Assembly (NCBI GenBank): GCA_045105515.1
Contig: JBGCDR010000234.1
Location: 1 to 38,376, forward strand
Origin: Oligoflexales bacterium
GTDB lineage: Bacteria; Bdellovibrionota_B; Oligoflexia; Oligoflexales; Bog-1112
DNA length: 38,376 nt
Reading direction: 5' to 3'
Below are positions 38,227-38,376 of this stretch, piece after piece (within the stretch, counting starts at the first letter, position 1; the number at the start of each line of letters is the position of its first letter). The position numbers and the translations under genes were made by a program. The notes beneath the pieces are model-generated. The model was not told the origin of the DNA. It worked only from the letters and a program-made list of their open reading frames with translations, and made no database searches.

Positions 38227-38376
38227 TCAGGCAGAATTGCAGAACTCTGGTAATAACCCTAGCGGCCAAATGTCCTCACCAAATAGCTGCTTGAATAGTG
38301 AGTAAATAAATCCCTTCCCTGGTTTCCATATACGCACTAGCTCCATATTTCCACCACAATACCGGCACTCAAATGG
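38227..38376 (-). mobile_element. 3' end of a probable IS91-family (rolling-circle) transposase, running in from beyond the window edge
   Basis: Minus-strand frame PFECRYCGGNMELVRIWKPGKGFIYSLFKQLFG..NSA*. The P-x2-C-x2-C-G-x2-M-x-L-x2-IW pattern resembles IS91-type C-terminal zinc knuckles. Confidence 0.55.

Overview
AT-rich bacterial chromosomal window. The MCP hairpin-tip variant [14 protein letters not shown] and a CheD-CheB fusion suggest Bdellovibrionota/Oligoflexia (inference). The left flank (1-8.8 kb) holds decayed small genes, a lipoprotein Hanks-fold pseudokinase, SelO/YdiU, secreted hypotheticals, a frameshifted response regulator and two clusters of a GTCAT...(A/G)TGAC palindromic repeat. 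The centre (8.8-23.6 kb) holds two divergent, complementary chemosensory operons: cheX-cheA-cheW-mcp-cheR-cheD/B leftward, and cheA-cheW/cheW-mcp-mcp-cheY-REC/TPR rightward. The rightward operon runs into a type I secretion locus (23.7-35.3 kb): TolC, a ~70-repeat RTX protein with no recognisable toxin domain, an antisense single-domain receiver, two ABC subunits with degenerate ATPase motifs flanking an overlapping triple-hemerythrin gene, and HlyD. Sigma-28-like promoter motifs precede both che operons and the ABC operon. The right flank (35.3-38.4 kb) has an IS66-like tnpA relic, frameshifted lipoprotein genes, a Cys-rich lipoprotein and the 3' end of an IS91-like transposase. The best candidate for an undescribed system is the chemosensory-linked T1SS with an embedded tri-hemerythrin and apparently ATPase-degenerate ABC pair. 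No rRNA, tRNA or CRISPR was recognised. All family assignments are by visual motif recognition, not database search.
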